Made by a program: the position numbers and the translations under genes. DNA of 64,000 nt from the IMG/VR virus record IMGVR_UViG_3300009545_000020, positions 7,444 to 71,443 of that record. One strand, written 5' to 3'. This stretch comes from a virus. Of the stretch, positions 55,957-64,000 are shown in pieces. Position 1 is the stretch's first letter, and every line of letters begins with the position of its first letter. The notes beneath the pieces were generated by a model. It ran no database searches, was not told the origin of the DNA, and worked only from the letters and a program-made list of their open reading frames with translations.

Positions 55957-56310
55957 ATGACCAAGACCGACATTGCCCAGATCTGCCACGAGGCCAACCG
56001 CGCCCTGTGCGTGACGCTCGGCGACCTTTCGCAGCTGCCCTGGGCCGATGCACCCGAGTGGCAGCGCGAGAGCGCCCTGAAGGGCGTGACCTTCCGCGCC
56101 GAGAACCCGGACGCGCCGGCCAGCGCCACGCACGAAGCCTGGAGCGCCGACAAGATCGCCGACGGCTGGGTCTGGGGGATGGAGAAGAACGTCATCGCCA
56201 AGACCCATCCGTGCCTCGTGCCGTTCGACATGCTGCCCCCGATGCAGCAAGCCAAGGACGTGCTGTTCGGCGTGATCTGCATGGGTCTGCTGCAGTTCGT
56301 GGGGGCTTGA
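55957..56310 (+). CDS. RyR-domain protein (117 aa)
   Basis: HEAW...DGWVWG...KTHPCLVPFDMLP...KD is the RyR repeat signature. Confidence 0.8.
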   Translation: MTKTDIAQICHEANRALCVTLGDLSQLPWADAPEWQRESALKGVTFRAENPDAPASATHEAWSADKIADGWVWGMEKNVIAKTHPCLVPFDMLPPMQQAKDVLFGVICMGLLQFVGA

Positions 56311-56311
56311 A

Positions 56312-56701
56312 ATGCACAACATCCAATCCCCCGCGATCGACGACAACGCCATCGAGGCCGAGATCCAAGCCAAGGGTCTGACCGCCCCTCGTATCACGCC
56401 GGCCGATGTCGAAGATGCAATCGCATCGACGCACTACTTCACCGCGGGCCAGGGGACGTTGCAGAACGCCATCTTTCGCGAAGACGACGGCGCGCAGGAC
56501 TACCCGGCAGCGCTTGACCTCTTGACCTTCTGCGTGATCGTCCTCTACAACGGCTTCACCGTGACCGGCGAAAGCGCATGCGCGAGCCCCGAGAACTTCG
56601 ACGCCGAGGTCGGCAAGAAGGTCGCACTCGCGAAGGCCAAAGACAAGATCTGGCCGCTGCTGGGTTTCGCGTTGAAGGACCGGCTGCACGCCGAGTCTTG
56701 A
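56312..56701 (+). CDS. N4 gp49 / Sf6 gp66 family protein (129 aa)
   Basis: APRIT...LTFCVIVL.NGFTVTGESACASPENFDAEVG..VA...IWPLLG. Confidence 0.85.
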   Translation: MHNIQSPAIDDNAIEAEIQAKGLTAPRITPADVEDAIASTHYFTAGQGTLQNAIFREDDGAQDYPAALDLLTFCVIVLYNGFTVTGESACASPENFDAEVGKKVALAKAKDKIWPLLGFALKDRLHAES

Positions 56702-56707
56702 TTTCCC

Positions 56708-56795
56708 GAGGGCTGCGTAGATCGACCCGGCGGGCAATAGCGAAGCGCCTCGTGCCCGTGCTCCTAGCACGTACCGGAACCACTACGCACCCCTC
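56708..56795. ncRNA. Candidate multi-branched structured RNA
   Basis: 13-bp closing stem with one mismatch enclosing CCGG/CCGG, CGGGCA/TGCCCG and GTGC/GCAC helices. Confidence 0.35.
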
Positions 56796-56895
56796 ACCTA
56801 CGTGCTTCGTTTGTCGACCGTGATAAATCCCATGTCTCTCCCCGATGCCAAGGGGTTGCCTCTACCCCTCATCGCACGTCGAAGCTCTATCTGAG

Positions 56896-57174
56896 ATGAT
56901 CAATTCACCTCTTCGCAAGTGGCACATGCAAGAGGCGCTTCAGTCATTCAAGCGCTTAGAGGAAATCCTCGCCGAATTGACTGAAGAAGAAGTGTTGGCC
57001 TGCCTCGAACTAGAAGCAGCCTCACGCCGCCGTCGATCGTTGATCGACAGACTTATCTCTAGAGCCGTAAGGCTCCAGGGACTCGTTTATTCAAGCCAAC
57101 TCAAGGAAAAATTCCATGGCACGCGCATCCAGCAAGACAGCCCCGGCGAAGAAGACTCGCACTCCGAAGGCTGA
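56896..57174 (+). CDS. Hypothetical protein
   Basis: LTEEEV..CL.LE...RRR.SLI.RL motif; start uncertain. Confidence 0.55.
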   Translation: MINSPLRKWHMQEALQSFKRLEEILAELTEEEVLACLELEAASRRRRSLIDRLISRAVRLQGLVYSSQLKEKFHGTRIQQDSPGEEDSHSEG

Positions 57175-57490
57175 AGCCGCCCCGGTCGAAGTCGCACCGA
57201 CCAAGACTCGCAAGACTCGCCAGCCGAACCCCGATCTGGTGGCGGCGAAGCGTGCCTTCCAGCAAAAGCTGGTCGAACTCGCCCAGAGCGCCGTCGACAA
57301 GATCGACGAGTCGATCGGCAATGTCGAGAACACCGTCCGCACCGAGCTGATGGCCTCGATCGAAGACAAGGTGCAAGCCAAGGTCGACGCGGCGAACAAG
57401 TTACTCGCCGCCCAGCGCGAGGCCGCCGAGAAGAAGCTCGCCGCCGCGCAGGCGAAGCTCGACGCGCTGCCGGCGCTCGAAGAAGCCTGA
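57116..57490 (+). CDS. Lys/Ala-rich coiled-coil protein (124 aa)
   Basis: AAGGA RBS; histone-like N-terminus. Confidence 0.65.
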   Translation: MARASSKTAPAKKTRTPKAEAAPVEVAPTKTRKTRQPNPDLVAAKRAFQQKLVELAQSAVDKIDESIGNVENTVRTELMASIEDKVQAKVDAANKLLAAQREAAEKKLAAAQAKLDALPALEEA

Positions 57491-57494
57491 TCGA

Positions 57495-57519
57495 AGGGGA
57501 CTTCGGTCCCCTTGTATTC
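57495..57519 (+). terminator. Terminator hairpin
   Basis: AAGGGGAC-TTCG-GTCCCCTT with a UUCG tetraloop. Confidence 0.7.
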
Positions 57520-57599
57520 ATCGATCAGTGCATCTCCCGTGCCCTGCTCAATGAATATTTTCTAGTCCTTGTTCTTCACTCTCAATCAAGGAACGCTCA

Positions 57600-57899
57600 A
57601 TGGCACGCCCACCGTCTCACATCATGACTCTCGTCGAAAAGAAGGTGCAAACCGAGAACCTGAAGAAAGCTCTCGCTACCAGCCAGGCCCCGCTTGTCGC
57701 CGCACGCAACGTGAAGGCCGAAGCGGCGAAGTCCTTGGCCGCTGCGAAGAAGACCGCAGCGAAGGCGCTGAAAGATGCGCAAGCCGTGCTTGACGCCGCC
57801 GAGAAGAAAGAAGCCAAAGCCGCCGCAGCTGCGGCCAAAGGCAGAGCCAAGATCACCGGCCAACTCGAAGTTCTGAAAGCAGCGCCGACAAAGAAGTAA
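57600..57899 (+). CDS. Ala/Lys-rich histone-like protein (99 aa)
   Basis: Composition; AAGGA RBS. Confidence 0.6.
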   Translation: MARPPSHIMTLVEKKVQTENLKKALATSQAPLVAARNVKAEAAKSLAAAKKTAAKALKDAQAVLDAAEKKEAKAAAAAAKGRAKITGQLEVLKAAPTKK

Positions 57900-57949
57900 G
57901 CAAACAAGTCGCCTGGGAGGTTAAGCAGTAATAACCGGAGAAGTAACAA

Positions 57950-58522
57950 ATGAAGTTTGATTCCGTCATGGTTGACATGGAGACAATGGCGACCACGGCC
58001 GATGCCGTGATCCTCAGCATTGGTGCTGTGAAGTTCGACTTGGAGTCCGGAGAAATCAACAACGAAGGCTTCTATGCATCGATCTCTCTCGACTCACAAC
58101 ACGACAAGAAGCGCCGGTTCAGCGAATCAACCATCATCTGGTGGATGAAGCAATCGGAAGAAGCACAGAACGTGTTCCGTGAGCAGAAGCAGACCCTCGA
58201 CTCGGCCCTCGTCGACTTCGGCGATTGGTTCGACAACACCGACGCGTTGATCTGGAGCAACGGCGCCGACTTCGATATCCCGGCGCTCGCCCACGCGTAC
58301 ACCCAGTTCGGCCGCGAGACGCCGTGGAAATTCTGGAACAGCCGCTGCTTCCGGACCTACAAGAACCTGCCCGGCGCGAAGAACGTCGTTGTGGAGCGTC
58401 TCGGCACGCATCACAACGCGCTGCAGGACGCGATCTACCAGGCCGAGCTGCTGGTGAAGATCCACGCGAAGCTGTTCAAGGGCGGCAAGGTGCTCGGGAA
58501 GATGCCGAAGGTGAAGGCATGA
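57950..58522 (+). CDS. DEDDh 3'-5' exonuclease (190 aa)
   Basis: MVDMET, WSNGADFD, RCFRT and HNALQDA. Confidence 0.88.
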   Translation: MKFDSVMVDMETMATTADAVILSIGAVKFDLESGEINNEGFYASISLDSQHDKKRRFSESTIIWWMKQSEEAQNVFREQKQTLDSALVDFGDWFDNTDALIWSNGADFDIPALAHAYTQFGRETPWKFWNSRCFRTYKNLPGAKNVVVERLGTHHNALQDAIYQAELLVKIHAKLFKGGKVLGKMPKVKA

Positions 58523-58833
58523 GCGCGCTCGATACCCAGGTCGGCGGCGACCATTACAAGGAACTCGGCGCCTACCAACCGTGGGAGGTGTTGAAGCACT
58601 GGCTCACGCCCGAGGAGTTCCGGGGCTTCATGAAAGGCACGGCCATCGCCTACTTGGCGCGCGAGCGTTCGAAGGGAGGCATGCAGGACATCTCGAAGGC
58701 CGCCCACACGCTCGACGGCCTGGTGGAGCTGATGGGGATCAATGCACCCCCCACGGCGCCGGCAAAACCGACCCCCGAGCCGGACGACAAATACGGCTGG
58801 GACGCCAAGAAAAAGTGCTGGGTGGGCACCTGA
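58519..58833 (+). CDS. DUF3310-family protein (104 aa)
   Basis: QVGGDHY...QPWE...GFMKG.AI.YL.R...KGG..DI.KA. Confidence 0.8.
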   Translation: MSALDTQVGGDHYKELGAYQPWEVLKHWLTPEEFRGFMKGTAIAYLARERSKGGMQDISKAAHTLDGLVELMGINAPPTAPAKPTPEPDDKYGWDAKKKCWVGT

Positions 58834-59270
58834 TGGCTACCGGCCCCGAAACCACGTTCTACACGGGCGTGCACACCGTCCTGAAAGAAGTCCACGGCAT
58901 GGCGGCCGAGGACATCGAGAAGCAGCATAACGAGTACGTCGGCGGCGTCTGGGACGTGCGCTACGACGGCCCGAAGATCGAGCTTTGGGTGGAATACAAA
59001 TTCCAACCGATCCCGAAGCGCGCAACGACGGTGTGGAAACCTGACCTGAGCGGGCTGCAACGCGACTGGGGCTACCGCAAGTGGCGCTACGGCCACCAGA
59101 TGCTTGTGGTCGTCGGCGTCGAGAACGGCCGCAAAGCGGCAGGCATCGTGTTATCCGACCCCGCCGAATGGCTTTCCACCTACACGCGCGACGAACTTGC
59201 GTCGCGGCTGGTCCCACGCGCGGATATCGCCCGGATGATTTTCAACCGCCTTCATGGTGCTTCTCCATGA
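58833..59270 (+). CDS. PD-(D/E)XK / VRR-NUC-like resolvase (145 aa)
   Basis: GPETTF, GVWD, WVEYK and LSGLQ..W. Confidence 0.7.
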   Translation: MATGPETTFYTGVHTVLKEVHGMAAEDIEKQHNEYVGGVWDVRYDGPKIELWVEYKFQPIPKRATTVWKPDLSGLQRDWGYRKWRYGHQMLVVVGVENGRKAAGIVLSDPAEWLSTYTRDELASRLVPRADIARMIFNRLHGASP

Positions 59271-59486
59271 CTTTGCAACAGCTCATCGCCGCTGAGCGTG
59301 CGTTCAGCTCGATTTACCGAATTACGATCACAGCGGTCCTTCTCTATAGGCTGCTAAGAACCAAGCCCGCTGCACGTCGGGATACTCGTTAGGGACGTGG
59401 CTCAAAGTTTCGGCATACTTCTAACATGCGCCGAACTTAGACCTTGGATGAAAGGCGCTCAATAATTCCAACCACCGGAGTGATAC

Positions 59487-59879
59487 ATGCGATACAGCGA
59501 GGACGGGCTTTATCCTGCCTTGGAAGCCGCTTTGAAGAAGGCGACGGAGCCAGTTGACGCACAGGCGTTCTTTGACATGCCGAGCATCAGAGAACACGCG
59601 CCATCTGCCAACCGCGTCTCAGACTACCTAGGGAACATGTGGCGAAAGGGGCTCGTTACGCGAGTTCCGTCGTCTAACCCGACTTCCCGTTCCAAGTGGG
59701 CCTACCAATGGAAGGGCACGAAGAGCAAAACTCTGCTCGGGAACATTCCCCATGAAGCCCCAATATCGTATGAGCCCAGAATCCTTGCTGACCGTCCGTC
59801 GATGGTTATCACTGAAGAGGGCAGTCTCATTACGATTACCTACCCGAACCTCGTTATTCAGCTCCGGTACAAAGGCTGA
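59487..59879 (+). CDS. Winged-helix-like DNA-binding protein (130 aa)
   Basis: VSDYLGNMWRKGLVTR...WAYQW; own GGAG RBS and a downstream terminator-like hairpin at about 59885-59904. Confidence 0.5.
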   Translation: MRYSEDGLYPALEAALKKATEPVDAQAFFDMPSIREHAPSANRVSDYLGNMWRKGLVTRVPSSNPTSRSKWAYQWKGTKSKTLLGNIPHEAPISYEPRILADRPSMVITEEGSLITITYPNLVIQLRYKG

Positions 59880-59920
59880 CCACTAGCCGCTTCCGCGGCT
59901 TTTCTGTATCCTCTCCTCTA

Positions 59921-60157
59921 ATGTCTAACTTAGACCTTCTCACCAAAAACGAAGCAGTCCAAGCTGCGGCGGAGGGCTGGCTTGTCAGCCACGTCTATGA
60001 CCTCAAGAGCAAGAGTTGGCGCGTGATGATCCTGCCCTATGGCGAGCGCTTCAAGAAGGACGCAAAGAAGGCGAGCTACTGGGTTATGGGGCGAGCACAG
60101 CAGTCCTCAGCCCTCCACCTCAAGGCACTGCGACTCGCAGTCCATGGCCCGCAATGA
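59921..60157 (+). CDS. Hypothetical protein (78 aa)
   Basis: The start lies inside a TCTAA motif. Confidence 0.55.
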   Translation: MSNLDLLTKNEAVQAAAEGWLVSHVYDLKSKSWRVMILPYGERFKKDAKKASYWVMGRAQQSSALHLKALRLAVHGPQ

Positions 60158-60483
60158 AGATCCGTCCGAACGTCCTGGCGCACGTCAACACGATCATGTT
60201 CTTGATGAGTGGACAGCATTCGACGGAAGATCTTTGCAAGCTAACTGGCTTGGCTCTAAGCACGATGCGTGAGTTCATCGCGCTGCTTCATGCGAAGAAG
60301 CTGATCCACGTCGCACGCCGCGGACGCTACGGTCAAGGCGGTTGGAACAAAAAGTTCTATACCTGGGGCGCCGGCGAGGACGTGATGACATCGCCGCCGG
60401 CCGCAGTCCGTCGGGCAAAGATAGAAGCGAATTCAAACCTCGCGCGCAGTCGTGAGATCAAACAACTGGAGATGGCGGAATGA
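60154..60483 (+). CDS. HTH DNA-binding protein (109 aa), similar in type to 48338-48730
   Basis: STEDLCKLTGLALSTMREFIALLH. Confidence 0.55.
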   Translation: MKIRPNVLAHVNTIMFLMSGQHSTEDLCKLTGLALSTMREFIALLHAKKLIHVARRGRYGQGGWNKKFYTWGAGEDVMTSPPAAVRRAKIEANSNLARSREIKQLEMAE

Positions 60484-60866
60484 GTGGTTCAAGCACTAAG
60501 CACCTCGGCATGTTCGGCGTTGGAATTGTAGGAAACCCGAGCGGCGGCGGTGTCATTGCCGGTGGAAGCGGGGGCGTAGGGATTTCGGCCAAAGACGAAG
60601 AGCGATACCTCCGTCAGAAGGAGTTGTACGGTCTTCATGAGAAGCGCCGTACTGCTGTAAAGAAGTTCTGGGTCGCTCTGTGGGTGCTGGTCGGTCTTCT
60701 CACTCTCTCTGCGACGATCACTGGGTACTACTACTGCGGCCCGATTGTGGCTGGCGCCATCGCAATCACCATCGCCATTCTCGTTCTCGGCTACACAGCG
60801 TTCGATGTGTACAAAGCTCAGCGCGCCATCAATGTCGCCGAGGTCGCCAACAAACTGCTCTCGTAA
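60480..60866 (+). CDS. Two-TM membrane protein (128 aa)
   Basis: Two hydrophobic helices; tail EVANKLLS. Confidence 0.6.
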   Translation: MSGSSTKHLGMFGVGIVGNPSGGGVIAGGSGGVGISAKDEERYLRQKELYGLHEKRRTAVKKFWVALWVLVGLLTLSATITGYYYCGPIVAGAIAITIAILVLGYTAFDVYKAQRAINVAEVANKLLS

Positions 60867-60890
60867 TCTAACGTCTAAGGACGATCTATC

Positions 60891-61130
60891 ATGAATCTCA
60901 CCCAAGCCATCGCCGTCCAAAGCAACAACGCGCTGCGCAACCGCATGAAGCAGCGTGTGCACATCTGGTGGCACACGAACAATTGCCCGAACTGCGCCGC
61001 TCGCCGCGCGCTGGCCGGCGGTGCTCCGTCTTCGATGGCCGATCTGATCGAGTCGCTGAAGGCCCGCGGCATCGAGGTCGAAGACGTGAGCAACGTTCAC
61101 GTGCTCGGCGTCCCGCCCAAAGCGCACTGA
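60891..61130 (+). CDS. Hypothetical protein (79 aa, CxxC)
   Basis: AAGGA RBS inside a TCTAA motif. Confidence 0.55.
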   Translation: MNLTQAIAVQSNNALRNRMKQRVHIWWHTNNCPNCAARRALAGGAPSSMADLIESLKARGIEVEDVSNVHVLGVPPKAH

Positions 61131-61140
61131 GCTGCATGCC

Positions 61141-61533
61141 ATGCGCTCCTACCTCAAGTACGTCGTAGCAGCGCTCGTGTTCGCTGCGTACGTGGCCCAC
61201 AAACTCAGCCAGGTGAGCTTTCCGCTATGACCAAGAACGAGAAGCTGTGCCTGGTGTTCGGCGTGCTCGCGCTGAGCCTGGTCACGATGGCCGTCGGGCT
61301 GGTCTTGCTGATGCCGATGCCATGAGGAAGGCCTTCACCGGGTTCGCCGTCGTGATCCTCATCGGATACATCAGCGCGTTCATCGCGAAGTCGCTGGGGT
61401 GGCTATGACGTTCGACGAGTTCTTTGCCTTCCACAATCTGACCGCGGAAGAACGGGCTGAGCTTGTTCGGTACCTCGCCCTCCTCCGCTACGAAGCGACG
61501 ATCAAGGCCTTGTCGGCGCCCAAGGCAGCATGA
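61141..61533 (+). CDS. Chain of four micro-ORFs (61141-61230, 61227-61325, 61322-61408, 61405-61533)
   Basis: Consecutive ATGA overlaps; the first three are single hydrophobic helices. Confidence 0.6.
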
Positions 61534-61536
61534 GCG

Positions 61537-61881
61537 ATGGGCATGATCGACTACCTCGGCCGCGGGCCGAGTCGTGAGGCCCTGCTCCGCGGAGAGGTAC
61601 CGAAATGGATCGCCAACAGCAAACGCGGGCGGTACATCGCCGCCGTCATCCTCAGCGCTCCGCCCTGGGTCGATCGGGCTGAGCTGCGAGCGTTGAAGGA
61701 GCGAGCCGTCTGGGAGACCGAGATGAGCGGTGTGCTCCACGTGCTCGATCACAAAGTACCGCTGAATCATCCCAACGTGTGCGGTCTCACCGTGCCGTGG
61801 AACCTTCAGATCATCCCCTGGCGAGTGAACTGCTCGAAAGGGAACAAGTGGAACCCGGATCAACTGGAGTTGTTTGAATGA
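61537..61881 (+). CDS. HNH endonuclease-like protein (114 aa)
   Basis: PPWVD...HVLDHKVPL....VCGL.VPWNLQ....N..KGN. Confidence 0.8.
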   Translation: MGMIDYLGRGPSREALLRGEVPKWIANSKRGRYIAAVILSAPPWVDRAELRALKERAVWETEMSGVLHVLDHKVPLNHPNVCGLTVPWNLQIIPWRVNCSKGNKWNPDQLELFE

Positions 61882-62372
61882 ACGATCTCAAAACCTGGCG
61901 CTGCTTCCACTGCGACGAGGTATTCAGCGACGCAGTGGCGGCCGGAGAGCATTTCGGTCGCAGCCAGCGGCAGGAGCCGGCTTGCCAGATCGACATTGCG
62001 AAGTACCGCGCGATGGAGGAACGCCATCGTCGAGCCTGCGAAGAAGACACCGATACCGACCGCGCGATGTACCGATTGCAAGGTGAACATCGCCTCGCTT
62101 TGCAGCGCGAAGAAGAAAAGGGCTATGCCCGCGGTCTGCGCGACGCGAACCACGTCGAGCCCGCCGATGTCGCACGATTTCGGAAGGATGCGGAGTGCCT
62201 TGATGCCATCGAGCACTACAGCTGGGCGATTGGCTGCGGGACCGACGACAACGACGCTACGTACTTTCAGATCGTCAACAGCCGCAACGGGCAGTTCGTT
62301 GTTGAGGCAGCAAGCGATATACGGTCTGCCCTTGACCAAGCCATCGCGTTCAGCAAGCCGGCAAGCACGTGA
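61878..62372 (+). CDS. Hypothetical protein with a C2H2-like zinc finger (164 aa)
   Basis: WRCFHCDEVF......EHFG. Confidence 0.6.
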   Translation: MNDLKTWRCFHCDEVFSDAVAAGEHFGRSQRQEPACQIDIAKYRAMEERHRRACEEDTDTDRAMYRLQGEHRLALQREEEKGYARGLRDANHVEPADVARFRKDAECLDAIEHYSWAIGCGTDDNDATYFQIVNSRNGQFVVEAASDIRSALDQAIAFSKPAST

Positions 62373-62701
62373 CCGACGAACTCGCTCCCCGCTTCCTCAC
62401 CACTGAGGAAGCAGCGAAGCTCCTCAGCATTCACCCCGTCACGCTCGCCGCGAAGGCGAAAGCTGGCGAGATCCCCGCTGCCAAGCCCGGCAAGCGCTGG
62501 GTTTTCATCGAAGCTGACCTGATCACGTACCTTCGTTCGCAATACGGAGGCAATCACAAACCGCCATGTCCCTCTACAAGCAAAAAGGCAGCGAAATCTG
62601 GTGGACGCTCGTCTACCACAACGGGCGGGTACGTCGGTCGACTGGAACAACTGATCGCGCAGAAGCGCAGCGGTTCGAGAACAAGCTCAAGGTCGAGCTA
62701 G
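62369..62701 (+). CDS. xis: Excisionase-like HTH protein
   Basis: FLTTEEAAKLLSIHPVTL...GEIPAAKPGKRW; directly upstream of and overlapping the integrase. Confidence 0.8.
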   Translation: MTDELAPRFLTTEEAAKLLSIHPVTLAAKAKAGEIPAAKPGKRWVFIEADLITYLRSQYGGNHKPPCPSTSKKAAKSGGRSSTTTGGYVGRLEQLIAQKRSGSRTSSRSS

Positions 62702-63594
62702 ATCAGAGCAATCCGAAGATCAAGGGCAAGACCTGGGGCGATGCTGTCGGTCTTTGGCTCGACGCCGAACCCAGATCACGGTCCGAGCTGCTCAGCCTCG
62801 CGAAGTTCGGCCGCCTGTATGGCGACCGTGCGCTTCACACCGTCACGCGCGAGTCGATTCACGATGTGCTCGATGCGTTCTGCGAGACCGTCGGCACCTA
62901 CACCCGCTACCGCACCATGATCGCGGCGATCCTGAATCGGGCCAAGGCCGAGGGATGGATCAACGAGGTGCCGAAGCTCACGGTGAAGAAGGATAAGAAG
63001 CGCAAGGCCCGCGAGTGGCTCACGCGCGAGCAGTGGGAGAAGCTCTACGTCGAGCTGCCGGTGCACATGCGACCGATGGCCGAGTTCGCGATCGAGACCG
63101 GCCTGCGGCAAGCCAACGTGCTACAGCTGCGCTGGAAGACCGTCAGCATCGAGCGCGCGCTGGTCTGGGTCGAGGCCGAGGACACCAAGGCCGACGAAGC
63201 CATCGCCGTACCCCTGTCGAGCCGCGCCCTGGAGATCCTGAAGGCGCTCCAAGGGCAGAACGAGGTCTTCGTCTTCACCTACCGCGGCAAACCCGTCACG
63301 GAGGTCAAGACGGCCTTCCTGGCGGCCTGCGTGCGCGCCGGCCTGGGCACCATGACCCGATGGACCGACAAGGCTGGGAAGAAGCACCAGGTCTACGCCG
63401 GCTTCACCTGGCACGGCTTCCGCCACACCTGGGCCACCTGGCACGTGCAGAAGGGCACCCCGCTCGACGTGCTGCAGAAGCTGGGCGCCTGGAGCGACCC
63501 GCGAATGGTCCTCACCTACGCCCACCACAGCGCGGGGTATCTCGCTTCCTTTGCCAACAACCACAGGATCAACAATGTCGACACCAACCAATGA
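62566..63594 (+). CDS. int: Tyrosine integrase (342 aa)
   Basis: ETGLR, TK, HGFRH, LGAW and YAH catalytic boxes. Confidence 0.92.
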   Translation: MSLYKQKGSEIWWTLVYHNGRVRRSTGTTDRAEAQRFENKLKVELDQSNPKIKGKTWGDAVGLWLDAEPRSRSELLSLAKFGRLYGDRALHTVTRESIHDVLDAFCETVGTYTRYRTMIAAILNRAKAEGWINEVPKLTVKKDKKRKAREWLTREQWEKLYVELPVHMRPMAEFAIETGLRQANVLQLRWKTVSIERALVWVEAEDTKADEAIAVPLSSRALEILKALQGQNEVFVFTYRGKPVTEVKTAFLAACVRAGLGTMTRWTDKAGKKHQVYAGFTWHGFRHTWATWHVQKGTPLDVLQKLGAWSDPRMVLTYAHHSAGYLASFANNHRINNVDTNQ

Positions 63595-63754
63595 GATCTG
63601 GCGCCCGGCGTACAACACCAAGCCGCGCTGGGTCGTGTACCCCGATCAGTCGTACGAGCTTCAGGTGCCCATGCAGAACCGGCAGACCGGAGAGATCCGC
63701 TTCGAGACCGTGCAGACCGTGATGGTCGACGCGAACGGGAACGAGCTGGGATGA
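63575..63754 (+). CDS. Hypothetical protein (59 aa)
   Basis: Short ORF after int. Confidence 0.4.
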   Translation: MSTPTNEIWRPAYNTKPRWVVYPDQSYELQVPMQNRQTGEIRFETVQTVMVDANGNELG

Positions 63755-63770
63755 ACGCGGGCCGGTTTAG

Positions 63771-63984
63771 CTATGGCTGGCAACTATGGCTAAACGACCC
63801 GGTCTAAGCCTTTCTAAGGCTTTCTAATGCTCCATCTGTTAGTGGTCCCTAACCCCGGAACCCCTGCAGATGGTAGGCGCGAATGGACTCGAACCATCGA
63901 CCCCCACCATGTCAAGGTTCAAGACATCCGCTGCAAGCCAATGAATCCGGGGCTTCCAACCAACTATGGCTGTTTCACTATGGC
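63771..63984. mobile_element. attP site: core is the 3' half of tRNA-Val(GAC) (63871-63918, minus strand), flanked by arm-type repeats
   Basis: The minus strand reads ACCTTGACATGGTGGGGGTCGATGGTTCGAGTCCATTCGCGCCTACCA; CTATGGC pairs at 63771/63784 and 63964/63978. Confidence 0.88.
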
Positions 63985-64000
63985 CGTTAGATTTTAGAGC

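Noticed and set aside
63871-63918. Complete tRNA-Val gene
   Set aside because: The 5' half (acceptor 5' strand and D arm) is missing; it is interpreted as the attP core.
1-64000. Diversity-generating retroelement or retron behind the variable arrays
   Set aside because: No reverse transcriptase motif and no adenine-specific TR/VR pair was seen in the window.

Overview
The whole window is one temperate tailed phage of a Gram-negative host (it has Rz/Rz1 spanins and a proteobacterial-type tRNA-Val attP), probably with podovirus-like architecture. It has two divergent arms that split at about 32.8-33.0 kb. The minus-strand arm (1-32786) carries packaging, morphogenesis and lysis genes: terS, terL, portal, scaffold, N4-gp56-type major capsid, holin(s)/endolysin/spanins, several large glycan-degrading spike proteins and internal virion proteins. 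The plus-strand arm (33094-63754) carries early and replication genes: primase-helicase, MoxR AAA + DUF3150 + peptidase/VWA, PD-(D/E)XK nuclease, SNF2 helicase, PolA, SSB-like protein, exonuclease, xis and int, ending at an intact attP. Four features stand out. (1) Three translationally coupled tandem arrays of small, hypervariable ORFs (about 17 genes) share one C-terminal tail and one stop/start junction motif, and one array sits inside the AAA-VWA/peptidase operon. (2) A fourth paralog family (DGWEYAS) is interleaved with the terminase genes, and one member is overprinted on the terL N-terminus. (3) A TCTAA multimer motif, mostly oriented with transcription, occurs at about 17 gene junctions and fills a 19-bp-spacer capsid promoter. 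(4) There are covarying hairpins at the start of the early arm and two candidate structured RNAs around a putative anti-defence gene pair. All family calls come from motif recognition by eye; no database search was run.
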